Below, piece by piece: positions 1 through 9,856 of a DNA stretch of 64,000 nt. A program made the position numbers and the translations under genes. Within the stretch, counting starts at the first letter, position 1; every line of letters starts with the position of its first letter. The notes beneath the pieces were generated by a model that was given only the letters and a program-made list of their open reading frames with translations, made no database searches and had not been told where the DNA came from. The stretch comes from an uncultured Alphaproteobacteria bacterium (GTDB lineage Bacteria; Pseudomonadota; Alphaproteobacteria; Rs-D84), in assembly GCA_944389465.1 (NCBI GenBank), contig CALXML010000001.1:79427-143426 (forward strand). Direction: 5' to 3'.

Positions 1-118
1 ATAAAAAACGCGCTGTGTGCATTGTTTGTTGGGATTCCTAGGGATTCAAACCTGACGAAAAATGTAAAAAAATGTTATACAATGTATTTTGTAACCATAA
101 GGAAAAAAGGAGACCTTT

Positions 119-661
119 ATGAAAAACTTAATCAAAAAAATGTTAACATTGTCATCCATTTTGGGTGTAATAGTATTGTTGTCTGGATGTACAGGATGTG
201 GCCAGAAAAAAATGAAACCACAACCGCAACCGGCGACGCAATCAACAGAAACTGTTGTATTTTATCAAACTTATGAAGAAGCAGATGTAAGTCATGTTCA
301 TGCAAAAATGTATACCCACAGCAGCCGTGGTGGCGAATCCAGAATGGGGTATATCAAATTCTTTGAAACAGATGCTGGATTGAAAATGGAAGTGGATTTG
401 AAAGATTTGCGTCCGGGCAAGGTTTATACGATTCGTATCCACCAGTGCGGCAGCTGCAATAACGACAGTATGTGCTGTGACAAAACGCCAATGTCTGTGA
501 ATTTACCAACATTAAGTGTACAGACAGCGGGCCGACTGAAAGAATCTTTCATTATTCGTGGTTTGACTGCGGAACAATTGAATAATGCCAAGATTTATTT
601 GGAACGTGATGGCGGGTATAAAGCCGCGTGGGGAACGTTGGAAAAAGGTATGATGTTATAA
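119..661 (+). CDS. Lipoprotein with a Cu/Zn superoxide dismutase (SodC)-like core that lacks the usual copper-binding histidines
   Basis: Signal peptide with lipobox LSGC. The central segment YTIRIHQCGSCNND aligns with the SodC motif HGFHIHQNGSC, but only one His remains. AAGGAG RBS 7 nt upstream of the ATG. Terminator follows. Confidence 0.55.
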   Translation: MKNLIKKMLTLSSILGVIVLLSGCTGCGQKKMKPQPQPATQSTETVVFYQTYEEADVSHVHAKMYTHSSRGGESRMGYIKFFETDAGLKMEVDLKDLRPGKVYTIRIHQCGSCNNDSMCCDKTPMSVNLPTLSVQTAGRLKESFIIRGLTAEQLNNAKIYLERDGGYKAAWGTLEKGMML

Positions 662-691
662 GTTGTCCGGTGTATGAATGTGTGTTTATAA

Positions 692-719
692 CCCCGAATA
701 ATTTTCGGGGTTATTTTTG
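692..719 (+). terminator. Intrinsic terminator after the SodC-like gene
   Basis: Hairpin ccccgaa/ttcgggg followed by a T-run (ttattttt). Confidence 0.7.
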
Positions 720-768
720 TTGTTATAATTTCTTTAAGATTTTTTTCTTATGTGCTATAATTCCATGT

Positions 769-2330
769 ATGGAGATGAGATGGGCTTTTCTTTTGAACAC
801 AATCGCATCTGTTGCCGTTACTTTTAATGCCGTGGCACAGGACTTTGATTATGTCACCAATGGCAATATTGGCAGTGAATGGAATATAGAAACAAATACC
901 ATTGTTTCGGATACTGTCAGTATTGATGTTGACACTGTTAATATTCTAAATTCTGTAATACTGGTAAATAATGGCACGATAAGTGGGAACTTTAATATAT
1001 GTGATGGGTGCGATGTTTATATACGCAATTCAGGTGATATAGTTGGGGATATTTGCCTGATACAGCGTGGTTGATACATGTTATTACGTCCAGTGATGAT
1101 TTGGTGCCGGTTGGTATAAATGGTAATTATGATGTGCTGTTGTACAATGCAGACAGATTATCGTTGAGTGGAATACAGGGGATTGCCACTGGGGCAAATA
1201 AATTAACAATACGTGATTCCAGTATTTTGATTGATACTGTGGCATCTGATGTGTTAATGCCGTATACGGAATTAAGTGGCAATATAACGTTATATATTGA
1301 TGATTCGTTAAGTTTTTCACACAGTGCGGTGCTGTCTAATATTTATGATGATGGAACGGTCAGAATTAATATTGATAAAAATCCTTTATACAGGGTTTCC
1401 GCGTACATAAGGGATAATTCATTATTTGTTGATGTTGAGCGCGAAACAGATTATGACAAAGTGTTTGACGATGAATTGGGCGACTTTTTGGATACTGTAA
1501 AAGATTCGGATGAACAGGATGATTTATTGCAGGCACTGGAAAAGGCCGACAGTGCATCCGAAGTAAATAAAATTATTTCACAATCTGGACGGCTGCATCC
1601 AATCAGATTAATGGATTCTGTGCGGATGTTTAACAGGTTTGAATTACAAAATAATTTAAATGTACGTGTGTTGGATGGTGTATCATTAAGGCCAACGTTT
1701 ATGTTTTCTGATGGTGTGTATATTGGTGGAATATCTGTTGGTGGGGTGAAAAATATTTCAGATAATTTTAACGTCGGGTTGAATTTGTATACTGCATATG
1801 CAGATTTTGAAAATGATTTTGATAAATATAAATTCGCGCTGTACGGCGGAAATGTGCATGCAGCGTATTTTTATGATTGTCTGATTGCGCGTATTATTGG
1901 TGGGGTTACGTTCGCGTCCTTTGATGATATAATCGTTTTTGATGGAAAAACAAATATATCAAATCCGCATGGTATTACGGCGTATGGAATTGCAGATATA
2001 GGATTTGAATTATATGATAAAAATAATTTTTCAATTGCGCCATTTGTGCGGGCAGGGTTTGATTATGCGTCTGTGTTGAATTTTGACGATTCGGATTTTA
2101 TTTCAGGTATTGGTACGGATATTGTATTTAACAATGTGGGATATGATATTAAATATGATTACGGCCTGCGTTTATTTGCGGATGTAAATGGCGCGGTGGA
2201 TGCACTGATTCAGATGAATATGATTTCTGTGGACGATTATGTGGGCGGCACGTTGGCGGCGGGAATTATTTATGATGAAAATTTTGGCGTTGGATGCAAA
2301 TTTGAATTGGGTGTCAGCATCAATTTTTAA
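769..2330 (+). pseudogene. Autotransporter-like outer membrane protein gene, interrupted by a frameshift at a G4 tract (1045-1048). Either phase-variable or a pseudogene.
   Basis: ORF 628..1074 (frame 1) carries the signal peptide MEMRWAFLLNTIASVAVTFNAVAQ from ATG 769. ORF 1053..2330 (frame 0) continues the passenger domain and ends in a beta-barrel-like C-terminal region with alternating aromatics and a terminal ...ELGVSINF. One extra G in gttggggat joins the two frames (..DIVGGYLPDTAW..). Confidence 0.5.
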
Positions 2331-3637
2331 TTTTTATCAGTTAATAATTCCCCGCGTAATGATGCCTTGTTCGCAGCGGTAATTTTTATTTCTGCCATTT
2401 GTGGGGCGTCTTTGCCATTTGTATCAACAATACATTGTTGCATATATGGTGTGCGATATACGGCGTGTTTGCCGGTTTTATCGGGGCCCTCGTACAGACA
2501 GGTTAAATTTTTGCCGATACATGATTCGTTAAATTCGCGTTGGATTTCATTTAATAATGCATCCAATTTATACAGGCGTTGCGATTTTATTTTTTCAGGA
2601 ATTTGATTGGGCATTAATGCTGCCGCAGTATGTGGGCGCGGTGAATATTTGAATGAATATGAATTAATGTATCTGATGCGTTTTGCAATATCCATTGTTT
2701 GTTCAAAATCCGAATCGGTTTCATCCGGAAAACCGACAATAAAATCACTGGATATTTGAATATCTGGTCTGGCACGCTTTAATTTGTCAACTATATCTAT
2801 ATATAGATTCAAGGTATATGAACGGTTCATTCTTGTCAATACATTGGGCGAACCGCTTTGTATAGGCATATTCAAAAACGGTAATAGTTTAGGTTCTGTT
2901 CTGAACATATCTATTAAATCGTCGGTCATTTCTGTTGGGTAACTGGATGTAAAGCGAATACGTTTTATGGCATCCTGTGTCGCGGTGGCGCGAATTAAAT
3001 CGGACAGACGATATATATGACCATCGGGGGACGTGTATTTATAACCGTTGACGTTTTGCCCCAGAAAACATATTTCAACTGCGCCAGTGTTGGCGGCATG
3101 TATAACGTCGCGCATAACGTCATCAAATGGACGGGATATTTCGCGGCCACGTGTGTATGGTACTATGCAATATGTACAACAATGGTTACAGCCCTCTTGG
3201 ATTGGGATGTATGCCAGTGTGGGGGATGTGGTTATTTGCGGCATTTCGTCAAATTTTTCCAGTCCGCCCAAATCAATGTTTAATAAACGTGTATCTGGAT
3301 TTTCCAGAATTTCAGGCAGTTTATGATAACTTTGTGGGCCCAAAACAAAATTTAAATCAGGTACGCGACGGAACGCGTCTGCGCCGGCCTCGCGGGCGAC
3401 ACATCCGACAATCCCCATCAGGGCGTCGGGCTTTTTTTCTGTGCGAATGCGACCCAATGCACTGAATACTTTGTCGGTCGCCTTGGCCCGTACGGCACAG
3501 GTGTTTAATATGATTATGTCAGCGTCAGGTATATTGTCGGTTTGTGTCATTCCGCGGGACTGTAACAGTGCGGCGATACGCTGGCCGTCGTATACGTTCA
3601 TTTGGCAACCAAAAGTGTGTATATAAAACTGCTTCAT
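2327..3637 (-). CDS. miaB: tRNA-i6A37 methylthiotransferase MiaB (radical SAM)
   Basis: 436 aa. N-terminal FGCQMN...NTCAVR cysteines, radical-SAM CxxxCxxC (CNHCCTYC), TRAM-like C-terminus. Confidence 0.85.
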   Translation of the reverse strand: MKQFYIHTFGCQMNVYDGQRIAALLQSRGMTQTDNIPDADIIILNTCAVRAKATDKVFSALGRIRTEKKPDALMGIVGCVAREAGADAFRRVPDLNFVLGPQSYHKLPEILENPDTRLLNIDLGGLEKFDEMPQITTSPTLAYIPIQEGCNHCCTYCIVPYTRGREISRPFDDVMRDVIHAANTGAVEICFLGQNVNGYKYTSPDGHIYRLSDLIRATATQDAIKRIRFTSSYPTEMTDDLIDMFRTEPKLLPFLNMPIQSGSPNVLTRMNRSYTLNLYIDIVDKLKRARPDIQISSDFIVGFPDETDSDFEQTMDIAKRIRYINSYSFKYSPRPHTAAALMPNQIPEKIKSQRLYKLDALLNEIQREFNESCIGKNLTCLYEGPDKTGKHAVYRTPYMQQCIVDTNGKDAPQMAEIKITAANKASLRGELLTDKN

Positions 3638-3643
3638 TTGATT

Positions 3644-3817
3644 TTATTTGTTTTTTTGTTTGTTTTCACGTATGCGTTTTTCATATGTTTTTTGTACTTT
3701 TTGCACCTGTTGATATGCACGTGAATATCTGTTCATAGGGGTTGGGTCTGGAACTTCTGTGACGCCATATTTTACGCCTGTGATTTTATCATCTTCTATG
3801 ATTGTGATTATTTTCAT
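3644..3817 (-). CDS. Small hypothetical protein (57 aa) between gatB and miaB
   Basis: Hand-translated: MKIITIIEDDKITGVKYGVTEVPDPTPMNRYSRAYQQVQKVQKTYEKRIRENKQKNK. RBS aagggga 6 nt upstream. The start lies 16 nt after the gatB stop and the stop lies 7 nt before the miaB start. It is below the ORF-track length cutoff. Confidence 0.3.
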   Translation of the reverse strand: MKIITIIEDDKITGVKYGVTEVPDPTPMNRYSRAYQQVQKVQKTYEKRIRENKQKNK

Positions 3818-3832
3818 ATTTGTCCCCTTGGG

Positions 3833-5356
3833 TTATGCCAATTTGTTACGTAATATTTCGTTTACAACGGATGGGTTGGCCTTGCCACCGGTTGCACGCA
3901 TTACTGCGCCAACAAAGAATCCCAACAGTCCTGTTTTGCCGGATTTATATTGTTCAACCTGTGGTGCATTTTGTGCGATAATTTCATCAACAACTGATTC
4001 TATGGCGGTGGTATCCGTAATTTGTTGCATACCGAATTTTTCGGCAATTGCGCGCGGGGTGCCCGTTTCGCCATCCAGCATTTTGATAAATATTTCTTTG
4101 GCCTGTTTACCGTTGATTTCATTTGCAGCAATCATATCAACCAATTCGGCCAAATCAGACGGTGTGATAATCCGCGCTGTGCCGCATCCAGATGTATCCA
4201 CAGCGTTTTTTACATCCCAATTTTCAGGGTGCGCAAACAGTTCAGATATCATCCAATTGGCAACTGATTTCGCGCGTTTGGGGTTGTTGCCAACCGCCGT
4301 ATCAAACCATTTTGATATGTCTGTTGTTTCGGTCAGACGTGCCGCATCATATTCAGACAGCCCGAAATCATGCACATAGCGCGCACGTGTCGCCGCCGGC
4401 AATTCCGGCATAGTGGCACGTATACGTTCAATCATATCGTCGGAAATTTCCAATGGTAATAAATCTGGGTCTGGAAAATAGCGGTAATCCAATGCATCTT
4501 CTTTGCTGCGCATGACGGATGTTGTGCCGTCGGATTGGGAATAGCGCATTGTATCCTGTGATACTGTGCCACCGTTTTCGTATATTTCTATTTGACGGCG
4601 GGCTTCGTATTCAATTGCGGATTTTATAAATTTAAAAGATACCATATTTTTTGTTTCTGTGCGTGTGCGAAATTCTTTGCTGCCAACGGGGCGCACAGAT
4701 ACATTAACGTCCGCACGCATAGAGCCTTCTTCCATGTTGGCCTTGGACACGCCCAGTGCACGTGCAATTTCGCGAATTTCGCGCAGGTAACGTTCGGCCT
4801 CGTCAGGGGAAGATATGTATGAATTGTTTTCAGGATTTTTTGTATCCAAAAATGTTACTATTTCCAACAGGGCAACGCCTGTGCGGTTATAGTCTGCAAA
4901 AGACTTGGTTGGATGCACATCGTGTTTTAATTTTCCGGCATCCTGTTCCAAATGGGCACGTTCAATCAAAATCTTTTTCGGATTACCATCGTCGCCCATA
5001 ATTTCCACCCAGCCACGGCCAACAACTGGTGGTTCTTCGGCCGGTTGGGAAATCTGATATCCTTGGGGCAGGTCAGGGTAAAAATACTGTTTACGGGCAA
5101 ATTTACTGTGACGGGATATTTCCGCATTCAGCCCCAGTCCCATTTTAATTGCCTGTTCAACGCAATATTCGTTTAATACCGGCAACATCCCCGGCATGGC
5201 GACATCAACCATTGAAACCTGTGTATTTGGGGCAATGGTCGGATTATAGTCAGCAGACGCGCCACTGAACAGTTTGCTGTTGGACAGAACTTCTATGTGT
5301 GTTTCCAGTCCGATAACCAGTTCCCAATCTGTTGTTTTGCCCTTTATCGTAAACAT
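3833..5356 (-). CDS. gatB: Asp-tRNA(Asn)/Glu-tRNA(Gln) amidotransferase subunit B
   Basis: 507 aa. GatB-family sequence throughout (MFTIKGKTTDWELVIGLETHIEV...). Confidence 0.95.
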   Translation of the reverse strand: MFTIKGKTTDWELVIGLETHIEVLSNSKLFSGASADYNPTIAPNTQVSMVDVAMPGMLPVLNEYCVEQAIKMGLGLNAEISRHSKFARKQYFYPDLPQGYQISQPAEEPPVVGRGWVEIMGDDGNPKKILIERAHLEQDAGKLKHDVHPTKSFADYNRTGVALLEIVTFLDTKNPENNSYISSPDEAERYLREIREIARALGVSKANMEEGSMRADVNVSVRPVGSKEFRTRTETKNMVSFKFIKSAIEYEARRQIEIYENGGTVSQDTMRYSQSDGTTSVMRSKEDALDYRYFPDPDLLPLEISDDMIERIRATMPELPAATRARYVHDFGLSEYDAARLTETTDISKWFDTAVGNNPKRAKSVANWMISELFAHPENWDVKNAVDTSGCGTARIITPSDLAELVDMIAANEINGKQAKEIFIKMLDGETGTPRAIAEKFGMQQITDTTAIESVVDEIIAQNAPQVEQYKSGKTGLLGFFVGAVMRATGGKANPSVVNEILRNKLA

Positions 5357-5409
5357 TTTTATTTTTCCTTGCTTTTTGTCTTTTGATACTTTATTATTCG
5401 TTTCACGTT

Positions 5410-5485
5410 GGCTAGATAGCTCAGTTGGTAGAGCAAGGGACTGAAAATCCCTGTGTCAGTGGTTCGATTCCACTTCTAGCCACCA
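5410..5485 (+). tRNA. tRNA-Phe (anticodon GAA)
   Basis: The 76 nt sequence ggctagatagctcagttggtagagcaagggactgaaaatccctgtgtcagtggttcgattccacttctagccacca folds as a cloverleaf. The 7 bp acceptor stem is ggctaga/tctagcc. The anticodon loop is ctGAAaa. A CCA end is encoded. It is antisense to the flanking gatA and gatB genes. Confidence 0.9.
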
Positions 5486-5489
5486 TTTT

Positions 5490-6965
5490 TTATTTCCCCA
5501 TTATTTTTGTTGGACGATTGTCAACGGCGGCGAATTGCTCTATGTGTCGCGCCAATTGCAATACGCGCATATCATCAAATCTGCGTCCGACAACCTGAAT
5601 GCCCAATGGTAATCCGTTTGCGGCCAACCCCGCTGGGACACTGCATGCGGGAATGCCCGCCAGATTCATCGCAACAGTGAATAAATCCAATGCATAGTAT
5701 TCCAATGGTGATAAATCTGAATCCAATGGCATTGCAGTGCCGGCACTGGATGGGCACAGTATTAAATCACACTGTTCAAATGCCGCGTTAAAACTGTCTG
5801 CAATCATACGGCGTACGCGGGCAGCCTGCATAAAGTATACTTCATACGATTCGCTGGACAGTACCGCCGTGCCAACAATCATACGGCGTTGAACTTCGGT
5901 TCCAAATCCTGCAGCACGTGTTTTCTTATACGTATCTATTAAATCAGTGCCTTTCACGCGCAGACCATAACGCATACCGTCATAACGTGCCAAGTTGGAT
6001 GAAGCCTCGGCCGGTGCGATGATATAATATGCAGCCAATGCGTCCAAAATGTTTGGTATGGATACATCAATTATTTCTGCGCCAATTGATTTCAGGTCTG
6101 CGATACGTGCGTCAAACAGGCGTTTCATATCAGGTGATATTTCAACATTTGCAAATTCCTTGATTACGCCGACGCGTAATTTTTTACCGTCGCCCAAAAT
6201 TGGGGACAGCGGTGTATGTGCATGAAATCCGGCATCTGCACTGGTTGAATCCTTGATATCATGGCCGGCCATTGCACTTAATAATAAGGCCGCGTCATCA
6301 ACCGTTCTGGCAATTGGTCCGGGGGTATCCAGACTGGATGCAAATGCAACGCATCCCCAACGGCTGCACAGGCCATATGTTGGCTTCATACCAACCAATC
6401 CCGTAATTGCAGATGGAAAACGAATAGAACCACCCGTGTCTGTACCCGTGCCGCCCATGGCCAGACCAGATGCAACCGCACTGGTTGTGCCACCGGATGA
6501 ACCGCCGGCTGTTAATTTGCGTTCCATTTGCCATGGGTTTATTGGGGCACCAAAGTAACTGGTTTTGCTGAAAGTACCCATTGCAAATTCGTCCAGATTT
6601 GCCTTGCCCAATAAAACTGTGCCGGCATCAATAAATTTTTGTGAAACAGTGGATTCATATTGTGGTACAAAATTTTCCAGCATATGTGATGCCGCTGTTG
6701 TACGGATGTTTCGCGTTGCAAATAAATCCTTCATCGCGATTGGAATACCGTCCAATGGCAGGGACGTGCCCGCGGCATACCGTGCGTCGGCCGCCGCCGC
6801 GTCTGATAATGCGCGTTCGGGGGTTATTGTGATATAGCAATTTAAATCCGCACCATATTTTTCAATACGTTCCAAATGGGCGCGTGTCAGTTCTGTTGCA
6901 CTGATTTCGCGCGATTTTAATTTTTCCAATGCTGTGCTTATTGTAAAATCAATCATTGTGTACAT
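5490..6965 (-). CDS. gatA: Glutamyl-tRNA(Gln) amidotransferase subunit A (amidase family)
   Basis: 491 aa. Amidase signature region GGSSGGTTSAVASG and overall GatA-like sequence. Confidence 0.95.
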   Translation of the reverse strand: MYTMIDFTISTALEKLKSREISATELTRAHLERIEKYGADLNCYITITPERALSDAAAADARYAAGTSLPLDGIPIAMKDLFATRNIRTTAASHMLENFVPQYESTVSQKFIDAGTVLLGKANLDEFAMGTFSKTSYFGAPINPWQMERKLTAGGSSGGTTSAVASGLAMGGTGTDTGGSIRFPSAITGLVGMKPTYGLCSRWGCVAFASSLDTPGPIARTVDDAALLLSAMAGHDIKDSTSADAGFHAHTPLSPILGDGKKLRVGVIKEFANVEISPDMKRLFDARIADLKSIGAEIIDVSIPNILDALAAYYIIAPAEASSNLARYDGMRYGLRVKGTDLIDTYKKTRAAGFGTEVQRRMIVGTAVLSSESYEVYFMQAARVRRMIADSFNAAFEQCDLILCPSSAGTAMPLDSDLSPLEYYALDLFTVAMNLAGIPACSVPAGLAANGLPLGIQVVGRRFDDMRVLQLARHIEQFAAVDNRPTKIMGK

Positions 6966-6982
6966 CCAAAATTTTTTAATGT

Positions 6983-7276
6983 TTATTCGTCCATAACTTT
7001 TGGTACTGCGAAATAACCACGTGATACACCGGCGGTGTCGGGGTCATTGGCCAAAACCGCATCGCGTATATTTCCGTCGGTTACCACATCCGCACGGCGG
7101 GGTAATTTGTGTTCCGCAGGATTTAACATTGGGGTAACACCGGTGGTATCTATTTGTTGTAATTTATCCAACCAATCAATTACCGAATCAATATTCATTT
7201 GTTCCAGTTTTTCATCAGAAATATCAATTCGTATTAAGTCGGCAAATTTTTTTAATTGCTGCTTGCTAAATGCCAT
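6983..7276 (-). CDS. gatC: Glutamyl-tRNA(Gln) amidotransferase subunit C
   Basis: About 97 aa from MAFSKQQLKKFADLIRIDISDEKLEQM... The longer ORF-track start looks like a spurious extension. It sits immediately upstream of gatA. Confidence 0.85.
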   Translation of the reverse strand: MAFSKQQLKKFADLIRIDISDEKLEQMNIDSVIDWLDKLQQIDTTGVTPMLNPAEHKLPRRADVVTDGNIRDAVLANDPDTAGVSRGYFAVPKVMDE

Positions 7277-7325
7277 ATCGTATCCTATTCTGTTTATATA
7301 AAAATTTAACAAGGGAAATTATACA

Positions 7326-7778
7326 ATGATTTTGCCGAATTTCAACGATTTTCCGCGCGTTGGGCGTATAATTGGAATTGATTGGGGTGCGCGTCGCACG
7401 GGGGTGGCGGTATCAGACGCGTCGCGCGAATTTGTGTTCCCGCGTCCCGTAATTTTGGCACGTCGGGGTGGGGCGTCCATTGCACGACAAATTGCAGATG
7501 TGGCGATTGCTGAACAGGTGGTTGGAATTGTGTTTGGATTGCCGTGTCATTTGGATGGGTGTGAGTCTGAAACCGCGATGTCTGTCCGTGCGTGTGCCAC
7601 GGAATTGTGCACATACACCGATTTACCGATTGCTTTTATTGACGAAACATTAACCAGTCATGCGGCCCAAGATGAAATGGGACGTGTACGTGTTTCTGAT
7701 ATAAAACGTGAATTAGATTCTGAATCTGCGCGTGTTATTTTGGAAAATGCAATTGCGGTAATTCGGCGATTGAAATAA
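7326..7778 (+). CDS. ruvX: Holliday junction resolvase-like protein YqgF/RuvX
   Basis: 150 aa. The N-terminal IIGIDWGARRTGVAVSD matches the RuvX/YqgF motif. Confidence 0.8.
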   Translation: MILPNFNDFPRVGRIIGIDWGARRTGVAVSDASREFVFPRPVILARRGGASIARQIADVAIAEQVVGIVFGLPCHLDGCESETAMSVRACATELCTYTDLPIAFIDETLTSHAAQDEMGRVRVSDIKRELDSESARVILENAIAVIRRLK

Positions 7779-7792
7779 ATAAAAAAACGCAG

Positions 7793-7820
7793 AAACGGTG
7801 CATCCAGCACCGTTTTTTAT
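7793..7820. terminator. Bidirectional intrinsic terminator between ruvX and the convergent transporter gene
   Basis: Stem acggtgc/gcaccgt flanked by an A-run upstream and a T-run downstream. Confidence 0.7.
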
Positions 7821-7838
7821 ATGCGTTTGATTGTTGGT

Positions 7839-8885
7839 TTATTCGTCACTTTTGTCTGGAATTTTTCCGTCCGCAGACAGCAGTACTGCAATCCAGCGTG
7901 TGGAATCAAATTGTGCGGTAATGATAAATATTGCAACCAATAATGGAACACTGAAGAACATTCCTGCAACACCCCAAATCATTCCCCAGAATACCAAGTT
8001 TATTAATATTGCCAATGTTGACAGGTTTAATGTTTTTCCTGTTAATTTTGGTTCCAATATGTTGCCAAATATAATTTGTAATGCGATTAATCCAGCCGCG
8101 GTTAATAAGGGTTGCTGTAATGATGGGGCGGTTACCAATGAATACAATATCGGCAGTGCGCATGCAATAATCGCGCCAATTGTCGGAATGTAACTGGTGA
8201 TGAATACGATAAATGCCCAGATGCCAGCAAATTCCACGCCAATCATTTGCAGCCAGAAATATGACAATACGCCTGTAATGCCAGATAATAATGTTTTCAT
8301 AAACAGGTATTTCTTCATATTGTCGTCAATGCTGTCCACGATATAGCGGGCTTTTTTATATTCTTTTTTATTTGGAATCAATGCTGAAAATTTTTTATTA
8401 AATGTACTTTGTTCAACAAACATAAATATCATATATATTAAAATCATACCAGTTGAAGTAACCAGTCCTGCCACTGATGCGCCGATTCCTGCCGCGATGT
8501 TTGCAATGTTTGGTATCATACTGGCATCAAAGTGCAGGCCAACGGATTGGGACAGATAATTTCCAAATTGCACAAATTTATGTTGTAATTCCGGCAGGGC
8601 AATCAACAATTCACGGAACATGGGTTGAATTTGTGTCGCAAAGAAATACATTAATCCGCACATTGCCAAAACCGCCAATATGTTTGATGTCCAATCAAAT
8701 GTGCGGGCAACAATTGGACGCGTTGCGCGTGCATTATCGGAATTAAATGGAAACAGTTTTCGCACGTATGTCGCGGTGGCATTAATCAAATACCATAAAA
8801 ACGTTGCAACCAACAGGGGAATTAAAATTGAACGTCCCAACCACAGAAATAAAATTAATGCAACGAATAAAATTATGCCGTTCAT
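7839..8885 (-). CDS. Polytopic inner membrane protein, possibly AI-2E/UPF0118 transporter family
   Basis: 348 aa with about 8 hydrophobic segments. The size and topology resemble PerM/YhhT. No diagnostic motif was verified. Confidence 0.45.
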   Translation of the reverse strand: MNGIILFVALILFLWLGRSILIPLLVATFLWYLINATATYVRKLFPFNSDNARATRPIVARTFDWTSNILAVLAMCGLMYFFATQIQPMFRELLIALPELQHKFVQFGNYLSQSVGLHFDASMIPNIANIAAGIGASVAGLVTSTGMILIYMIFMFVEQSTFNKKFSALIPNKKEYKKARYIVDSIDDNMKKYLFMKTLLSGITGVLSYFWLQMIGVEFAGIWAFIVFITSYIPTIGAIIACALPILYSLVTAPSLQQPLLTAAGLIALQIIFGNILEPKLTGKTLNLSTLAILINLVFWGMIWGVAGMFFSVPLLVAIFIITAQFDSTRWIAVLLSADGKIPDKSDE

Positions 8886-8929
8886 AAAAACCTCCTGTGC
8901 TTTGATTTAATGCATATACAGCGTTTTTT

Positions 8930-9826
8930 CTATATTGATGTTGGTGCAATATCACTGATGTTAACAGCGATATTTCCAATGTTGGCAATTGTGTTACTGT
9001 ACCATATTGACAATGTGATAATAATGGCGATGTTTATCACAATTGCAAAGTATGCAAATATACCGTTTTTCTGTTGGTTGAATTTTGCGCGGCCCGCCAT
9101 ACGAAACCACAGTGCGGATATAATTGCCAATATTAAGGTTAAAGTTACTGATTTAAATCCATAAAAGAATCCTGAATATATTGTTATTATGCAAAACAGT
9201 AATGTGGTGTATGCAGGGCTGGAAACAATCCAGTTGGTAAATTTAGAATACCATTTTGTACGTATTACAACGGATGAATCTGATTTTTTATCATCTGCGA
9301 TTAAGTATCCGCCCGTCCACAGCAAACCAAACCCAAATGGCATAGAGCATATTATTTTCCAAGGACTGATTCCCATTTCGCGACAACGTATATATTTTAC
9401 GTATAAATTTGTTACAAACAGCCCGCACAGGTACATATAGAACAGGCCAGCCATTATGATAATTCCTGTGAACAGGGTGCTTTTTAATGTGCTGAAAATT
9501 ATCAATTTGGTTGTTATTTCATTTTGGTATGTTGCGATAAAATATGCGGAAATAATGAATGCTGTTGCAGCAGTTATCATTTGAACATTATTTAACGCCA
9601 CAAATCCGCGCTGGGTCATATTTTTATTTGGCAGTTTATATAACGTCAATATTGCTGCACAAATCATGGCAATTAATACGGCCAATGTCATCGGCAGGCC
9701 ATAATTACTGTTAAATGTGGCCAAAATCACCGTGAACAGCATTGTCAGTATTAATGAAATTAATGCAAACTTTAATGGTTGCCACAACAGCCAGTTTAAT
9801 ATTGATTGTGATGTTTTACGTGCCAT
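8930..9826 (-). CDS. Hypothetical polytopic membrane protein
   Basis: 298 aa, multiple TM segments, long ORF, coding-like composition. Confidence 0.45.
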   Translation of the reverse strand: MARKTSQSILNWLLWQPLKFALISLILTMLFTVILATFNSNYGLPMTLAVLIAMICAAILTLYKLPNKNMTQRGFVALNNVQMITAATAFIISAYFIATYQNEITTKLIIFSTLKSTLFTGIIIMAGLFYMYLCGLFVTNLYVKYIRCREMGISPWKIICSMPFGFGLLWTGGYLIADDKKSDSSVVIRTKWYSKFTNWIVSSPAYTTLLFCIITIYSGFFYGFKSVTLTLILAIISALWFRMAGRAKFNQQKNGIFAYFAIVINIAIIITLSIWYSNTIANIGNIAVNISDIAPTSI

Positions 9827-9856
9827 ATTTTCCCCCTGTATGAAAATTTATAGTGT

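Noticed and set aside
628-1074. 148 aa ORF treated as an independent gene
   Set aside because: It is the signal-peptide-bearing 5' part of the frameshifted autotransporter. The apparent N-terminal residues before M at 769 lie in the upstream terminator.
3759-4379. 206 aa plus-strand ORF
   Set aside because: Entirely antisense to gatB, which is far better supported. The composition looks like a mirror-image artefact.
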